Assembly (NCBI RefSeq): GCF_009914755.1 | Contig: NC_060930.1 | Length of the DNA: 64,000 nt | Reading direction: 5' to 3' (one strand) | Source of the DNA: the human T2T-CHM13v2.0 reference genome, Homo sapiens | In this document: positions 1 through 13,982 of the stretch, piece after piece | How the letters are laid out: each line of letters begins with the position of its first letter | How positions within the stretch are numbered: the first letter of the stretch is position 1 | The notes under the pieces: model-generated | What the model was told of the DNA's origin: nothing | Databases searched by the model: none | What the model saw: only the letters and a program-made list of their open reading frames with translations | Made by a program: the position numbers and the translations under genes

Positions 1-66
1 AGGTCAGCCAAGGCACATAGTAAGACCTCATCTCTACAAAAAAATAAAAATAAAAAATAAATAAAC
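1..66 (+). mobile_element. Alu monomer 3' end with A-rich tail, cut by window edge
   Basis: gcca-aggcacatagtaagacctcatctctac followed by A-rich tract, resembling an Alu left-monomer end. Confidence 0.6.
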
Positions 67-79
67 AAGAGAGAGGACA

Positions 80-660
80 TAGTATGGTTTGGCTGGCTCA
101 AGGGTGGGTTTGCCCTGGGCAGGACTGCCAGACTCTTCCTCTGGTGAGGAGGGTTGGTTTCCCTGCTGTGCAAGACCATCGTCACAGGAAATCCTGGACC
201 CAGGTTCTGCAGCAGCTTGGACCACAGGGCCTGAGGAGGGCACACCTCCTGCTCCTAATCTGGAGCAGTGCAGCTGCATGAATTCCTAGCAGCTCTGCAA
301 ACCAGGCTCAGGCAAGGACTGTGGAATTATTCTGTAGTAAAGATGGCAGGCAGCATCTGTGGTGGCAATGGAGATTGTTGGAATTCTTCTGCTTACCTTT
401 TCCCTGAAAGGGAAGTCCCTTCTGTCTTCAAGCAAATCCAATCTGGGTGGGACAAGTAGAGCTGCAGAGGCCAGGTGCCTCCATAGGGCCCTTCTGGGCT
501 TCTAATCACCACAGGTGCCTCTCCATTCCCTGCTGCACTCCAGCACTCTCCTTCAACACTACAGTCAATTCTCAGCTGTTTATTTGTTGCATTGGTCCTT
601 TTTTGTCAGGGGGAGGAGCACCAAGTATCTCTAGTCAGCCATCTTGCTGATCTCACTCCT
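80..660 (-). mobile_element. Old L1 (L1M/L1PB-type) 5' UTR fragment
   Basis: Ends in tctctagtcagccatcttg, the reverse complement of the caagatggctgactaga start typical of old L1 5' ends. Left boundary approximate. Confidence 0.5.
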
Positions 661-1438
661 AGATATGTTTCTTAATTAAACAAAGATGTACATCCAGATT
701 TCTTGATATAGAAAGATGTTCACATCATAAAACATACAAAATTGCATATATATATATATGCATAGATGTATAGATGTGTATAGAAATAGAGATAGATGGA
801 GAGAGAGGAGAGATGTATACATTGTACACAGATACACACACGTCCCTCTAGAGAGATGCCTGAAAGTATTATAGGCATCAAATATTACCAGTGATAATCT
901 CTCCCTAGGTGGGTAGAATTTGCAAAATTTTTGTTTTTTTCTTTGTACTTTTCTACAGTTGAATTTATTTTACAATTATTCCTCAAAAGAATAAAGTTTT
1001 GTAAAAGAATACAAGATATTCATGAGCTGGAAAAATTTATGCCTTAAGAATAATAACATAAGAATAATAACATCTAAATTGCCACTTGAGCTTAGAATAC
1101 AAATCGCTGATTTTAAAGTAAATGGCACTGGTTCTTTTTCTGAATAGCATGACAGCCTACCAAGAGCAGGATTTTTCTAAAGTTCCAGATATTTCCAGGT
1201 CTCACAGTTCTACAATTTTTTTTGTGCCAGTGCTTTCCTGGATGCAAATTTAGTCAGGAAATGAGTCCATGTTATTTTTTCTTGCCAAAAAACAAAATTA
1301 CACAGAAGAACTCATAAAAGAAAGGCGCTAATCCACCCCAAAATTAAAATCCCTTAAGCAGATAGCATATGCACCCTGAACAACACCAGCCTCACCTTAG
1401 CCTAATGTAGGAGATGATTTGGCCTGACTTTTATACCC

Positions 1439-1779
1439 TGTCTTAGTCTGTTTGTGTTGCTATAAAGAAATACCTGAGGCTGGGTAATTTATAAAGAAAA
1501 CAGGTTTATTTGGCTCATGGTTCTGCAAACTGCACAAGAAGCATGACAACAGCATCTGCTTCTAGTGAGAGCTTCAGGCTTCTTCCACTCATGGTGGCAG
1601 GTGAAGGAGAACCCACGTGTTCTTCTTAACCACCAGCTCTTATGGGAAATAACAGCGAAAGGGCATTCATGAGAGATCCACCCTCTGTGAACCAAACCCC
1701 TTCTACTAGGCGTCCCCTTCAATATTGAAGATCAAATTTCAACATAAGGTTTAGAGGATCAAATATCCAAACTACAGCA
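1439..1779 (-). mobile_element. MaLR solo LTR (MSTB-like)
   Basis: TG...CA termini; ctataaagaaatacctgaggctgggtaatttataaag motif; perfect 5-bp TSD TACCC (1434-1438 / 1780-1784). Confidence 0.9.
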
Positions 1780-3521
1780 TACCCTTATCCAGGAGAACTA
1801 CTAGGTTATTTTCTCCTCTCTACCTTGTCCTCTGGCACTGATCAATTTTCCTAAATTTCCTCTTCAAATCTTGAAGTTGCCAGCACAGTTGCTCCCTACA
1901 CTAAATTGTCACATGATCTCTTTACCCAGTAACTCCTCATGTATAACTGCAATATTGAAAGAAGCACAGGACTTCCAATGCCGATAACAAGTGTATACAT
2001 ATTTAAAAAAAAGTATATGTACATATTAACTTCATAAAGAAGAACATTGGCTTATTCTAATATGGTGCCAGTTCTTCAGGATCAATAAGCTTAAACCTAT
2101 CCAATGTATTATATGGTGCACCCATTCAACCAAAATCATCGAACAAGTGATTTTTTTTACAATAATACATCCATAATAAATAATCTATGCAAAACTCTCT
2201 GCATGCCAAGCCCTATAGTAAGTACTTCATGTTCCATATCTCTAACCTGCAGAACACTCCTGCCCTGTATGTGCCATCTTTCCCATTTTTCAAAGGTCAG
2301 GCAGTTTTTCTGAGACACCTACTCCGAGAGTGAGCTGAGAGTCAAGATTCAACCTCTGCCTGGCTCCAAATTCCCTCCTCTTTTAACTATAATAAATTTT
2401 CCCTTAATTTAAGCCATTTGCATATTTGTCTGAGAAAGTCTCAGAATTTTATTTATATATATATATTTATATATATATCTTAGTTAAGAAAAAATAGTCT
2501 GTAGCTATGAGAGGAAGCTTGGAACAATACAAGAATTCACATCTGTGTCACATGCTTCTGTCAAAGGCTCCTGATTTGGCCTATCCACACAGCTTTTGGA
2601 TGGGGGATGGGGGCAGAAAAGAAGCACTCTTGTATTAATAGTTTACGAGCTTTCAACATTTACCTCAGTCCCTCAATTATTACAGAGGGGCCAGCCCAGC
2701 TGCATCATGCATAATCCCCGACCAGAGCTGCAGACCCTGTGCACCTGAAGCTAGTGATGAACAAACATGCTTGCAACCAAACCAGGCCTTTTTGTAATCA
2801 GATAGCCCTTCAAAAAGCAAAGCAAAGAAATGGATGGAAAGGGAAAAACTCTTGGTTGGTAGAGTTCCAAATGAGAAAACAAAGGAGGGGTGGACCAAAA
2901 ATTCACTTAAGCTCTCCATAAAATTCTGAGGCTGACAACCTGGAGCAGAGGAGTGAGAGGAGGCTTCGAGAGGTCGCCTTTGTGTCTCCACAGTGAGTGA
3001 GAAGCTTCCCCTGAGGCAGGTTGCAATGCTGCTTTCCAGAGTCAGTTGAGTGGTGAGGGGCTCTCATTCTGGGGGCAAAAGTGACCTCGGAAACTGATAA
3101 ATCATTGTAGAGAGAATATCTGATCCAGGGAACATGGCAGAGGGAAACTGAGGATGCAAGCTTCTGAAAGTTGACCCATTATCATGGAGAACTGTCTGAA
3201 CTCCTTGTTAGGATCTGTAATTCAGAGTCTTGTTCACTGTTTCTCACCTCCTTGATTCTTTGTGGAAGATTCTATAATTATTTTAACAGAAAGAGATCTC
3301 CTGATGCTTCTACTTACTCTACCATCTTCTAGGAGGTAATATTTGAGCTGCAATTAATCATCTGCCTGCCCCTACATCCTACTCCAGCATCCTACTCCAG
3401 CACCACCCACACTGAACCTATAAGAAGGAGCAAGCTGGGTGTGTCAGCTGAGCCTGTCCTTTCTTGTCATATAAGCAAAGTGTATTAGGCCTTTCTTGCA
3501 TTGCTATAAAGAAATACCCGA

Positions 3522-4140
<619 letters not shown>

Positions 4141-4910
4141 TGAAATACCTGAGACTGGGTAATTTATAAGAAAAGAGGTTTCATTGGTTCACGGTTCTGC
4201 AGGCTGTACAGGAAGCATAACACCAGCATCTGCTTCTAAGGAAGCTTACAATCATTGTGGAAGGAGAAGCAGGAGCAGGGGCCACACACTTTTAAATAAC
4301 CAGATCTTGCATGAACTCACTCACTATCACAAGAGCAGCACCAAGGGGATGGGGCTAAACCATTCATGAGAACTCCACCCCATGATCCAATTACCTCCCA
4401 CCAGGCCCCACCTCTGACACTGGGGATTCCAATTCAACATGAGATTTAGGTGGGGACACAGACCCAAACTATATCACAAAGTTTTCCAGGTGTCCTACTC
4501 CACAGACTTCCACTTGTTGGTCAGAACTGTATGGCGAGGGCCATCCTACTAGAAGACATCTAGGTAAAGAGGTTGTAAAGGGAGTCCACCAACCAAAATG
4601 TGGGTCAAGGAGAAAAAGTCCAACAGAGGAGAGGGGTAGCATGAATGTGGCTGACTGAAGGCAGGGAAGAGGACCTCTCACCACCACCTCAGGAGGTTGT
4701 CATTACTATTGGGGCAGGAGAGGGAGGGGTGGGTGATGAAGACGCCTTGGCCATCTTTGCAGTTTTGCTTCGGGGATGTTTATAGCAAATGGGTTTGCCA
4801 CGTGTCTTTTTCATTCATTCCACAAACATTTTTCCAGGGTCTAGTCCATATTCCCAGAAGATTTTCAAAGAAGCACATAACTCACTGGACTACATGGGCT
4901 AAAATACGTA

Positions 4911-5008
4911 CAAATGCCCCTTGATTTATAATGGAGTGATGCCCTAATAAATTCATTGTTAAGTAAAAAATATTGTAAGTCAAACCATTGTAAGTCTGGG
5001 ACTATCTG
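4911..5008. mobile_element. MER47C-like short TcMar-Tigger MITE
   Basis: 98 bp; degenerate terminal inverted repeats caaatgccccttgattta...taagtctgggactatctg; TA on both sides (4909-4910, 5009-5010). Confidence 0.75.
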
Positions 5009-5010
5009 TA

Positions 5011-6287
5011 TTTGGTCTTTGTCTCTGGTTCCTGGCACAGAGCTCCTAAAATGCCTGGCATTTCCCGAGTGATTAGGAACATACCTGAGGTATGCTAATT
5101 AGGGGACTCAGGATGGGGCTGGTCCCTAGAAAGACCAAAGGACGTCGGGAACCAAATGAGGGTGGGAACTCTCAGCCCTACCCCCAACCTCCAGGAAGGG
5201 AGAAGAGCTGGAGATTGGGTTATAAAAACTCTTCAACAAGGTTCAGAGACCTTCCAGGTTGGTGAACAGATGGAGGTGCTGCTAGCAGGGTGGCACACAT
5301 GGAGAGAGCATGGAGGTGCTGCACCTCTCTGCCTCTAGGCTTCATCCTATGCATGTATTCCATTTGCCTATTCCTGAGCTGCATTCTTTACAATAACTGG
5401 TAAAGAATGCAGTTCAGGAGTAGAAAGTGTTCTGTGAGCTGTTATAGCAAATTATAGAACTTGAAGGGAGGTTATAGGAGCCCTGAATTTATAGTCAACC
5501 AGGCAGGAGTGTGGGTAGATTACTGTACCACCTGAAGTTGGGGCAGCCTTGTAGGAGTTTAAATTGAGGGATCTGATGCTAACTCCAGTAGATAATATCA
5601 GTGTCAGAATTGGACAATTGGTGTTGGAAATGTAAAATCAAAGGAAATGACTGAGGTGAGTCTCCATCAATTTAGGGGTTTATTTTGCAAATGTGCCCAG
5701 GGAAAAGAATCACAAGCCACAGTAGGATATGTGGCCCATACTTTTTTCCAAAGAGGATTTCGTAGGCTTTAATATTCAATAGGGAAAAATTGGACAGAAA
5801 GAGAAAGAGGGAGAAAAAGGGAGGGTATGTTCATGTTCTAGTGAGGCTTTGATTAGAGCTCACTGAATCCATATGTTGCATGAAAAGGAGGGCGTATAGG
5901 GAACAGTCAGTTGTGTATTTGTGTCGCACTCAGTAAATCTGCTCTTCACATAAGATGAAGTAAACATAGAGTAGAGAAACAAATCAAATATGCATGTATT
6001 TCAGGGGGGGTGGGGGGACAATTACCAGTCCCCTCTTATCCTGTACCGTGATGATAAGCTGTTGATTGTCAGGGTGAGGGAGACCAGCTATGGAGATATA
6101 TCACCATCTATCTGTAGCTATTCTGTTTAGAAACAAAAGCAAAGGCAGTTTTTTTTTGTATGACTCAGCTTCTCAGCTTAATTTTTCCCTTTAGCATAGT
6201 GAGTTTGGGGTCCTGAGATTTTATTTTGCTTTCACAGAAAAGACATCACGTATCTGGTGTCAGAGAAATGGGGAAAAAGCCAACACA
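5011..6287 (+). mobile_element. MER21-like LTR, interrupted by a MER4-group LTR
   Basis: tttggtctttgtctctggttcctggcacagagctcctaaa start motif; resumes after 6240 with tggtgtcaga motif. May start slightly left of the MITE. Confidence 0.65.
5631..6236 (-). mobile_element. ERV1 MER4-group solo LTR (MER4/MER83-like)
   Basis: Minus strand begins tgtgaaagcaaaataaaatctcaggaccccaaactcac; TG...CA; 4-bp TSD GAAA (5627-5630 / 6237-6240). Confidence 0.8.
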
Positions 6288-6291
6288 CTGC

Positions 6292-6422
6292 AAAAATCCA
6301 AACCAAACCAAAACAAAACAAAAACAAAAAACAAAAAATGCAACAAAACAAAACAAACCAAACAAAATGCATATAAAAGACCTCAAACTCTCAAAGTCCA
6401 AAACAAAAACTAACAAACAACA
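6292..6422. repeat. (CAAAA)n-like low-complexity tract
   Basis: Directly visible imperfect caaa/caaaa repeats. Confidence 0.85.
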
Positions 6423-6765
6423 GCAAACTTGTCATCATGACCATCAATTTACAGATGTTAAAGAGAAGCAATACTTAGCAGTATAGACCTTTCCTTAAAA
6501 GTGACAGTAGAGTAATTCTTTCCAGCTGAGGGGACAAATGCATTAGCAAGCATCTCAGCATTCATGATGTAGCAAGTTTAGGTCAGTGGGTGCTGGTAAG
6601 CACAATTGTTCTGTCACCATGATAACCTATCCCCCCATGTCTTCAAAAGATATCACCACTCCCAAATGAGCCTTAGTTTGCTAACCTTTTAGAATACAGA
6701 GAGGAGCAATGTTTTCCTCACAGTCATGTTGAATAAACACAGTCATGTTTTGATCCTTAGACCCT

Positions 6766-7214
6766 TGTTATCAGTTGAATTGTGTCCCCCCAAAAGATAT
6801 GTTAAAATCCTAAACCCAGTTCCTCAGAATGTAGCCCTATTTAGGAATGGTGACATTGCAGTTGTAATTAGTTAGGATGAGCTCACACCAGAGTAGGAAG
6901 AGCCCCTAATTCAATATGGTGGGTATCCTTATAAAAAGAGGAGAAGAGATACAGGCATGAGGGGAGAAAGTCATGTGATGATGGGGACAGAGATTGAAGT
7001 GCTGCAACTGCTAGCTAAAAGTTGCCAGCAAATCACCAGAAGCTATAGAGAGGCAAGAGAGGATCCTCCCTTATGAGTTTCAGAGGGAACATGGCCCAGC
7101 TGATATCATAATTTTGGACTTTTAGACTCCAGAACTGTGAGATAATAAATTTCTGTTGTTTTAAGTCATCCAGTTTGTGGTACTTTCTTATAGCAGCCCT
7201 AGGGAACTAATACA
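6766..7214 (+). mobile_element. MLT1B/C-like MaLR LTR
   Basis: tgttatcagttgaattgtgtcccccc start and gcagccctagggaactaataca end; TSD accct/atcct. Confidence 0.85.
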
Positions 7215-7721
7215 ATCCTGATATTTTTCATTTCCTATTATATGCTGTGGAAAAAGTTCCAAGAAAGAAATATCCAGGTATTGGATACCTGGATAGTGAT
7301 AGAGTCCTTTTACGGCCTTAGTGTGCTAAGTGTTAGGCACTTGATCCTTAAACTAGCATTTCTTTCTGGATTTTCGTTTGAAATTCTTTATTTTAGGATT
7401 CCCTTGTTCAAGGATGTCCAATAAGGTGCTTTATATCTTTGGCTAAAACACAATTAAAAGTGGCACACTCTCAGTTGAGACCAGAACATTTTGGTTCTGG
7501 ACCAAGCAATGTTAGCTCAATGGTGATCCATCCAATCTATTCTCCGCCGTGCTAGCGGCACTTCCACAGCTCTCCCTTATGACCAAGATATGGCATGTTG
7601 CCATCAGTCGTAGGCCCTTGGGTACTCTCTTCCCCACATTCTCACAATCAATTCATTCAATGTGGAATTGATTGGCCCTTAATTACCTTAAACTCTTATT
7701 TCTTGGATTTATGACAAGAAC

Positions 7722-8135
7722 TGTGAAGGATCTGAGATTGCACTCTACTTACAAGCTAACAAGTTATCATGGATAATAGCAGAAGTGATGAGACTCCTGG
7801 GTCAGAGGTTTAAAAATATTATCACTCAGCAAAAGCAGCAGCCAGAGCTTCATGTTCATTTGCATCAGTGTCTCATGCCTTCTAAGTCCCTCAGGACAGT
7901 GCAAAAAGACTGTGAAGGAAGCCTGCAGACACAGTGAGATACATTACAGGAGAGAAACACTGAGCTTGGGGAATCTACAACTTTATAGTAAGCCTACTCT
8001 TTGGGAGAGATGTTACCTTGTCCCTCAAGGGTACTCCTTCAAACAATCTTGTGAATGGCCTGGTCAAAGAGCAGTCAGGGTCTTGTATTCTTGGAATACC
8101 CAGTAAGAATGTACATGAATACTCAGAGCTTGTAG
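7722..8135. mobile_element. Old ERVL-type LTR (LTR40-like)
   Basis: tgtgaaggatctgagatt...caagctaacaagtta...gagactcctgggtcagag motif. Family and right end uncertain. Confidence 0.45.
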
Positions 8136-8156
8136 CAGAATTATCTGTCTGCAAAG

Positions 8157-8470
8157 GTGGGAGTTGGCAAACTATAGACTGTGAAATATGGCCTGTGACC
8201 TGTTTTTGAATGACCCATGAGCTAAGAATATTTTTTACATTTGAACTCCAATTAAGAAAGTTATTATCCTCCTAAGAGAATTCTGTTCTTCTCATTAGTA
8301 GAGCTGCATTACCAAAATATTGCACTCAGTTATTATGAATATGTTTTGAATTTATCAATAAAAATATTTTCAGTTATGTAAGTACCTACATAATATCCTT
8401 GATTGCCTCTTGGCCTGCAAACTGGATCTACACTATCTGGATCTTGACAGAAAAAGTTTGTTGGCTCCTG
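8157..8470. mobile_element. hAT-Charlie relic (MER58B/Cheshire-like)
   Basis: gttggcaaactata...gagctaagaat...acagaaaaagtttgttggctcctg termini. Confidence 0.7.
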
Positions 8471-8914
8471 ATCTATATTATTGAAAGTTCACAGAGTCCT
8501 GCTTATTTGCTGTTCTTGGAACAGCTAATTTTACAGCTAAGCTTAGAGGAAATGTGTGAGTAACAAAATTAGTTCAAGTGCCTATAGATTCATTTTTTTT
8601 AAATATAAGTTTTGAATAGGTTAATGTTTACATGATTTAATTCAAATCAGAATTTAGAAGGCTCCTAATCAGTCTTTCTCGACTACTCAGGTTGATCCTA
8701 GAAGCTTCCATTCTAAAACTGAGGGTTTATCACTAAATAACACCTTTGCTTCATATTTAGTCTGATAATAAAGGAGATTAGCAAGCTTGAACTAGAGAGA
8801 TAGAATATTGCTTATCTAAATTGTCTTTTTGTATCCTTTCCTCTTCTTTCTGGTAAGTCAGCTTCCCTGGATTAATTTTATTTAGTACACAGTACAAATG
8901 TCAAACTAGTTAGG

Positions 8915-9545
8915 GTTAGTATTTCAATTATCTATAGGTATATAAAAAACTACTCCAAAACTTAGTGGCTTAAAGCAATAACAATGTATTATTTCTCAGG
9001 ATTCTATGGGTTGACCAGGTCTCTCTCCTGCATTACAAGGTATCAGCTGGACTGCTGGGATGGCTAAAAGGGCCCAAAAGGCCTTATTTGCATTGTTGGC
9101 TGTTGGTACCAGCTGCCAGCTGGGAGCTCAATTGGGTTGTTGGTTGGGGACCTCAATTCTCTTCCAAGTAGGCCTCTCCACATGGCTTCTTGAGCTTCCT
9201 TACTGTATGGAAGCTGGGCTTTAAGAAGAAGCATTCCAACTCAGTCTAAAAAGTTACACACCAGCATCAAAATCTATAGATCAAAATATATTAAAGCAAT
9301 GTATCCTGGTTTTGGAAGCTGTTAACATTATGGGAAACTTGGCGAAAGGTACACGGGAACCTACCATATTGTATTTGCAATTCTTCTATAAATTAAAATT
9401 ATTTTCAAGTAAAAAGTTTAAAAAAAAATAGGTCACAGGGTCAGCCTAGATTTAAGAAGAGGGGAAACAGGCTCTACCTTTTAATTGAAGAAATGACAAA
9501 GTTATATCGCAAAAGAGCATTTAGGATGGGAGAGATTGTTGCACT
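8915..9545 (-). mobile_element. Old MLT1 LTR containing an L1M 3'-end fragment (~9295-9430, plus)
   Basis: ccaaaacttagtggcttaaagcaa MLT1 motif; embedded aacattatgggaaacttggcgaaaggtacacgggaac L1M end with A tail. Confidence 0.6.
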
Positions 9546-9605
9546 CATTCAGTGGGCTTCTAAAAGCTGCTCAGGAAATCGTAGCATGGCATAATTTGAG
9601 TTGTA

Positions 9606-9662
9606 TGCATGTGTGCGTGTGTGTGTGTGTGTGCGCGTGTGTGTGTGTGTGTATGTGTGCAT
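9606..9662. repeat. (TG)n microsatellite
   Basis: Directly visible. Confidence 0.95.
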
Positions 9663-10224
9663 GTCTGATTTCACATGTTTATCCACCCGAATTTGACAAT
9701 TTTCCTCTTTTACTTTTGAACCAGCTGTGTTCATGTGGCCATCCACTTTCCCTTGGATCACATTTTTTAGCATAATTGTGGATAAGACTAAGGAGTAGTC
9801 ACTAACTTGTCTACTGTGTTGTGCTCACCTGAAACTGAGAATTAGTCCACTGAGTGCAATAAATAATCTACAGTGGAGAGTGATTTTTTCCCCCAAAGAT
9901 CTGGGTCTCTAGGCTACACCCTCTAGAATGTAGATAAACTGCTGATCATCAGTATTTATTTTGTGAGCAAATAAATCACGAAATCCCCTTATATTTTAAA
10001 GCTTGACCGTGATAATTTGCAAGTCATTTGTAAATACCTTAGAACTCATTTACAACCACATTTTACTTTCTGCTTTGGCATTTCTTAACGTTCTAAATTC
10101 ACTTTACACTCCTTTAACTTTCCGTCACCTCCCAGCATAGAGATACAGGATTTAGGAAGGAAGAGGAAGAAGCCTGGGATTACTGGGCATGAAAATTCTG
10201 ACAAAATTGTTTAAGAAAGCACCA

Positions 10225-10780
10225 TATTCATAGATGAAATTGATCTATGTTTTATTCTTATGTGCTATCTATATCAGATTTAGTATAAATATGTTAGTAT
10301 TCTAAAATGAATTGGAAAGGTTTCTATCTTCTTATGTTCAGCAATGATTTAAATAACATAGGAGCTGTTTGTTCTTTGAAAATCAGAAGGGACCTACATA
10401 TAAAATCACCTGGGTAGGGCACGTGTTTTAAAAGTAGATCTTTGATAATTTTCTTAAAGTTTTCCACTGGTTATTGGTCTATTCAGATTTTCTACTTATT
10501 CTTGAGAAATTTTTTAAAATTTATATTTCCCAGAAAATCAGCAATTTCATCTAGATCTTCACATTTGTTGGTAAAAAGTTATACAAATATTTTATTACAA
10601 TCTTCCAAATCTGTCCCATTACTGCCTTTCTCATTGACTAAGTTAGACATTTTTGGTTTTTCTTTTTTCCCTGATTAATCTTAGCCATTCTTTGTATTTT
10701 TTTTTTTTTTGGAAGAAATAAGTCTGATTTTATTTAATAATTCTACTCTTTTATCTGCTTTCTAACTCACTAGCTTTGGC
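10225..10780 (-). mobile_element. Ancient L1M ORF2 fragment
   Basis: Degenerate antisense L1 motifs (aaaatcacctggg, ggtctattcagattttct, atttcatctag). Confidence 0.6.
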
Positions 10781-11489
10781 TATGTGAGTACTCTCAATTT
10801 ACGAATAAGGCCCAGGAACTGAGACCCCTGAATAATAAATTTTCAGCATGGATATTATAGTTATCCAAACTGATGGCAGGACATGGTAGAGAAGAAGACT
10901 GTCAGGTGTGGAAGGGTCCATAAATGAATTTGGGAGAGGTGGGAATCTCTTTCACCTTATTAGGAGTGATATCCAAGGATAGTCCTTTTAAATGATTCCC
11001 CGCAGTATGATGAATAATTTAAAGATGGTTAGAGTAAGTCAAGCATAAAGGACAAAAAGCAATAAAAGGAGAACATTTCAGTGGTACTTAGGCAGATATA
11101 CCCTGCTGCTGTCAAATTGTTTTAAAGCAATTTAGAGCTTTGTGAATTCTAGGGAAAAAATTACTTAGAAGGTTATGTTTCTAAATTCAGATTTATGAAA
11201 TATCTTATTATTCAGTGATGCTTTTTTCCCAACCAGTACTGTGTGCTTCCCACATCACGCAATGGAATCTTTCCCTTCTTGAACAAAGACAGATTCCTGA
11301 GGGGCAGAAAGATGATTCCATGACACTGGAAAAGCAAACTAGTCTGCCATCATTTTTATAATTTGAAGAGAAAAAAATGAGACTGAATTAGAAATGTAGG
11401 GTTCTGTCCCAAGCTTCAAATTATTATAGAGAAGTAATTCCTTGATTTCAGGTTATTCTGAGATAATAATATATGTCTCACCAAAAATT

Positions 11490-13440
11490 TTAATGCAGAG
11501 CAAATACAATTTTTCTTGGTATTTCATGCAAGTCAGATAATGATGCATTTATATGTATTGTGCTCTCAGTCAGGTCCAACACTGTTAATTTCATTATTAC
11601 CACCACCTTTAATTCCCTGGCCCCAAGGACAGGATACGCCACAGGCCTCTTAGATGGAAATTGTTCAAAAGCATTCTCATCCACACTATTCTTGTGTCTT
11701 CTCATGGGACTCTTAACTTCTTCAGTGGCCCTGTTTTTGCCTGCTCTGAGTCTCAACCGTGTTTGAGTCTCTGCCACCCCTTAGTTTTCATTTACAACCA
11801 AACAATCATCATCAATTCTTCCTTCAATGTCTTTTTAATTCCCACTGAACTATTCTCCTTCAGCCTCTCTTGTACTATCTTTTGTTTCAGGGGTGAGAGA
11901 ACAAAGATTCATTGAGCTTCTATAATGTGTTGACAGGGTGGCAGATGTTGACTGCCCCCTCATCCCCATCTTGCTCTTTTTATGGGTCAACTTGGGCCAC
12001 CATAGCAAGGTATCATAGCCTAGGTAGCTCAAACAATGGAAATTACTTTGTCTCCATTCTGGAGGCTGGAAGTCCAAGATAAAGGTGTTGGCAGGATTGG
12101 TTTCTTCTGAGGCCTCTCTCCTTTGTTGTAGATGGCTGTCTTCTCTTTATGTCCTCACATAATCTTTCCTCTGTAAGCATCTGTGTCCTAATCTCTTCTT
12201 CTTAAAAGGATACCAGTGGATTGGGGCCCACCCCAATGGACCTCATTTCAACTTAACCATCTCTTTAAAAGACTCTATCTCCAAATATAGTCACATTCTA
12301 AGGTATTGGGAGTTATGACTTCAAAATACAAATTTGGGGAGTAAGAAGGGTGGTGGGGAATGCAGTTCAGCCAGTAACACTCTTCTGTTCTTTCTCCCTA
12401 ATCTGCTATATCTGACTTCTTCAGGATCAAGCTAGGTAAGAGAGATGAGGGTTCAAATGCAAATGCCTTTTAATTTAGCTGATGCTGTTGGATATTCTGC
12501 TAAGGCTGTTTGGTCATTCTACTGAATGCTAGGTGAAACAACACCTAACATGAGTTATCTCCACTTAAAAAAACAGAGATTAACACAAGGATTCTTGTTG
12601 TGGAACCAATTTTGCTCACCTCTTTATCAGGTCCTCAGGATGATGTAGCTCTTTGTTTCAATGGGAGGGTATTGTCACCTATTGTTCTCAGCTTTGAGAT
12701 CCATCCTGAAACACAAATCATTAAAATCCAATTCACTTCCTGTGTCACTTCAATTGCTTTTTGCTTTGAAAGTATTGTTTCTGTGACATGTTCCCACTTC
12801 TCCCTCATTGATGACCTACACATTCTTGGCAGGCTTCCCTGTAAAGTCTTTGTGTATTCCCTCAACCAGAGTTTCAGAATTAATTGATTTCACTCCTTGT
12901 TAAAGCATCTGTCTTATATTACAGATAATTGTATTTGCATCTTCTCTATCAGATTGCAAGTTCTTGTTGGCAGAGAGTTGAGGAGAATTCAAAGTGTGAA
13001 GAAAGAGGAGAGATAGTGAAATTAAATTGAGATAAACTATATCATGAGCTGTATTCAGCATCCAACTCCAAGGGCAATAAATTTTTTTTGTTGGTCTAAC
13101 TAAGAGAATTTTTTGGTATGTGTGTTCTTTGTGTTCTTCCAAATAGTGACTTGCATAATTCCTTCTGTAGCAGTTAATATTGTCAAAATTGTGCTAAAAT
13201 GTTGGTGGTTTTGTAAAGACACCTGCAAGACCTGAATCCTGTCCTTCTAAGAGTTCTTACTTCCCTAGAGTTTCTATGGAATTAAACACTCAAAGATCAA
13301 TGATAGTTTGCAAGTTGAAGTATCTTTTTATTAATACCTGCACAGGTGCCTAATGTCACAAGGCAGAACTCTGATGACATCTGAGGTCGAAGCATGTAAA
13401 CTTGGCTTGAAATATGAGCAGATCCTCTTCTTAAATGTCT
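11490..13440 (-). pseudogene. Candidate decayed coding sequence of unknown parent, interrupted by MLT1
   Basis: Long minus-strand frames with few stops and acidic/Ser-rich peptides. Excising the MLT1 at its TSD gives ...GERTEE|QDGDEG in one frame. Parent not recognised. Confidence 0.35.
11979..12379 (-). mobile_element. MLT1A/B-like MaLR LTR
   Basis: ttctggaggctggaagtccaagat motif; ends cagttcagccagtaaca; 5-bp TSD CTCTT (11974-11978 / 12380-12384). Confidence 0.85.
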
Positions 13441-13469
13441 TAATGCAATATTTAAAATTTTTAATGGTT

Positions 13470-13950
13470 ATATTTAATTTTTAATTGACAAATAATAATT
13501 GTATATATTTATGGGGTACAATGTGATGTTTTGATACATGTATATTTCTTGGAATGATCAAATCAGACTAATCAGCATATCTGTCACCTCAAACATTTAT
13601 CATTTCTTTGTGATGAAAACATTTCAAAATCTTCTTTTTTGGCTAATTTGAAGTGTGCAATACATTATTATTAACTATAATCACCTTGCTGTGCAATAGA
13701 AGACCAGAATTTATTCTTCCTATTTAACGATAACTTTGTACCCATTGACCAATGTCTCCCCTTTCTCTGTACACCCTATTCCCCAGCCTCTACTAACCAC
13801 CTTTCTACTTTCTACTTCTAGGAGTTAGACTTTTTTAGATTCCACATATAAGTGAGATGGTACAATATTTCTCTCTCTGTACCTGGCTTATTTCACTTAA
13901 AGTAATATCCCCTGGGTTCAGCCATATTGCTACAAATGACAGAATTTCCT

Positions 13951-13982
<32 letters not shown>

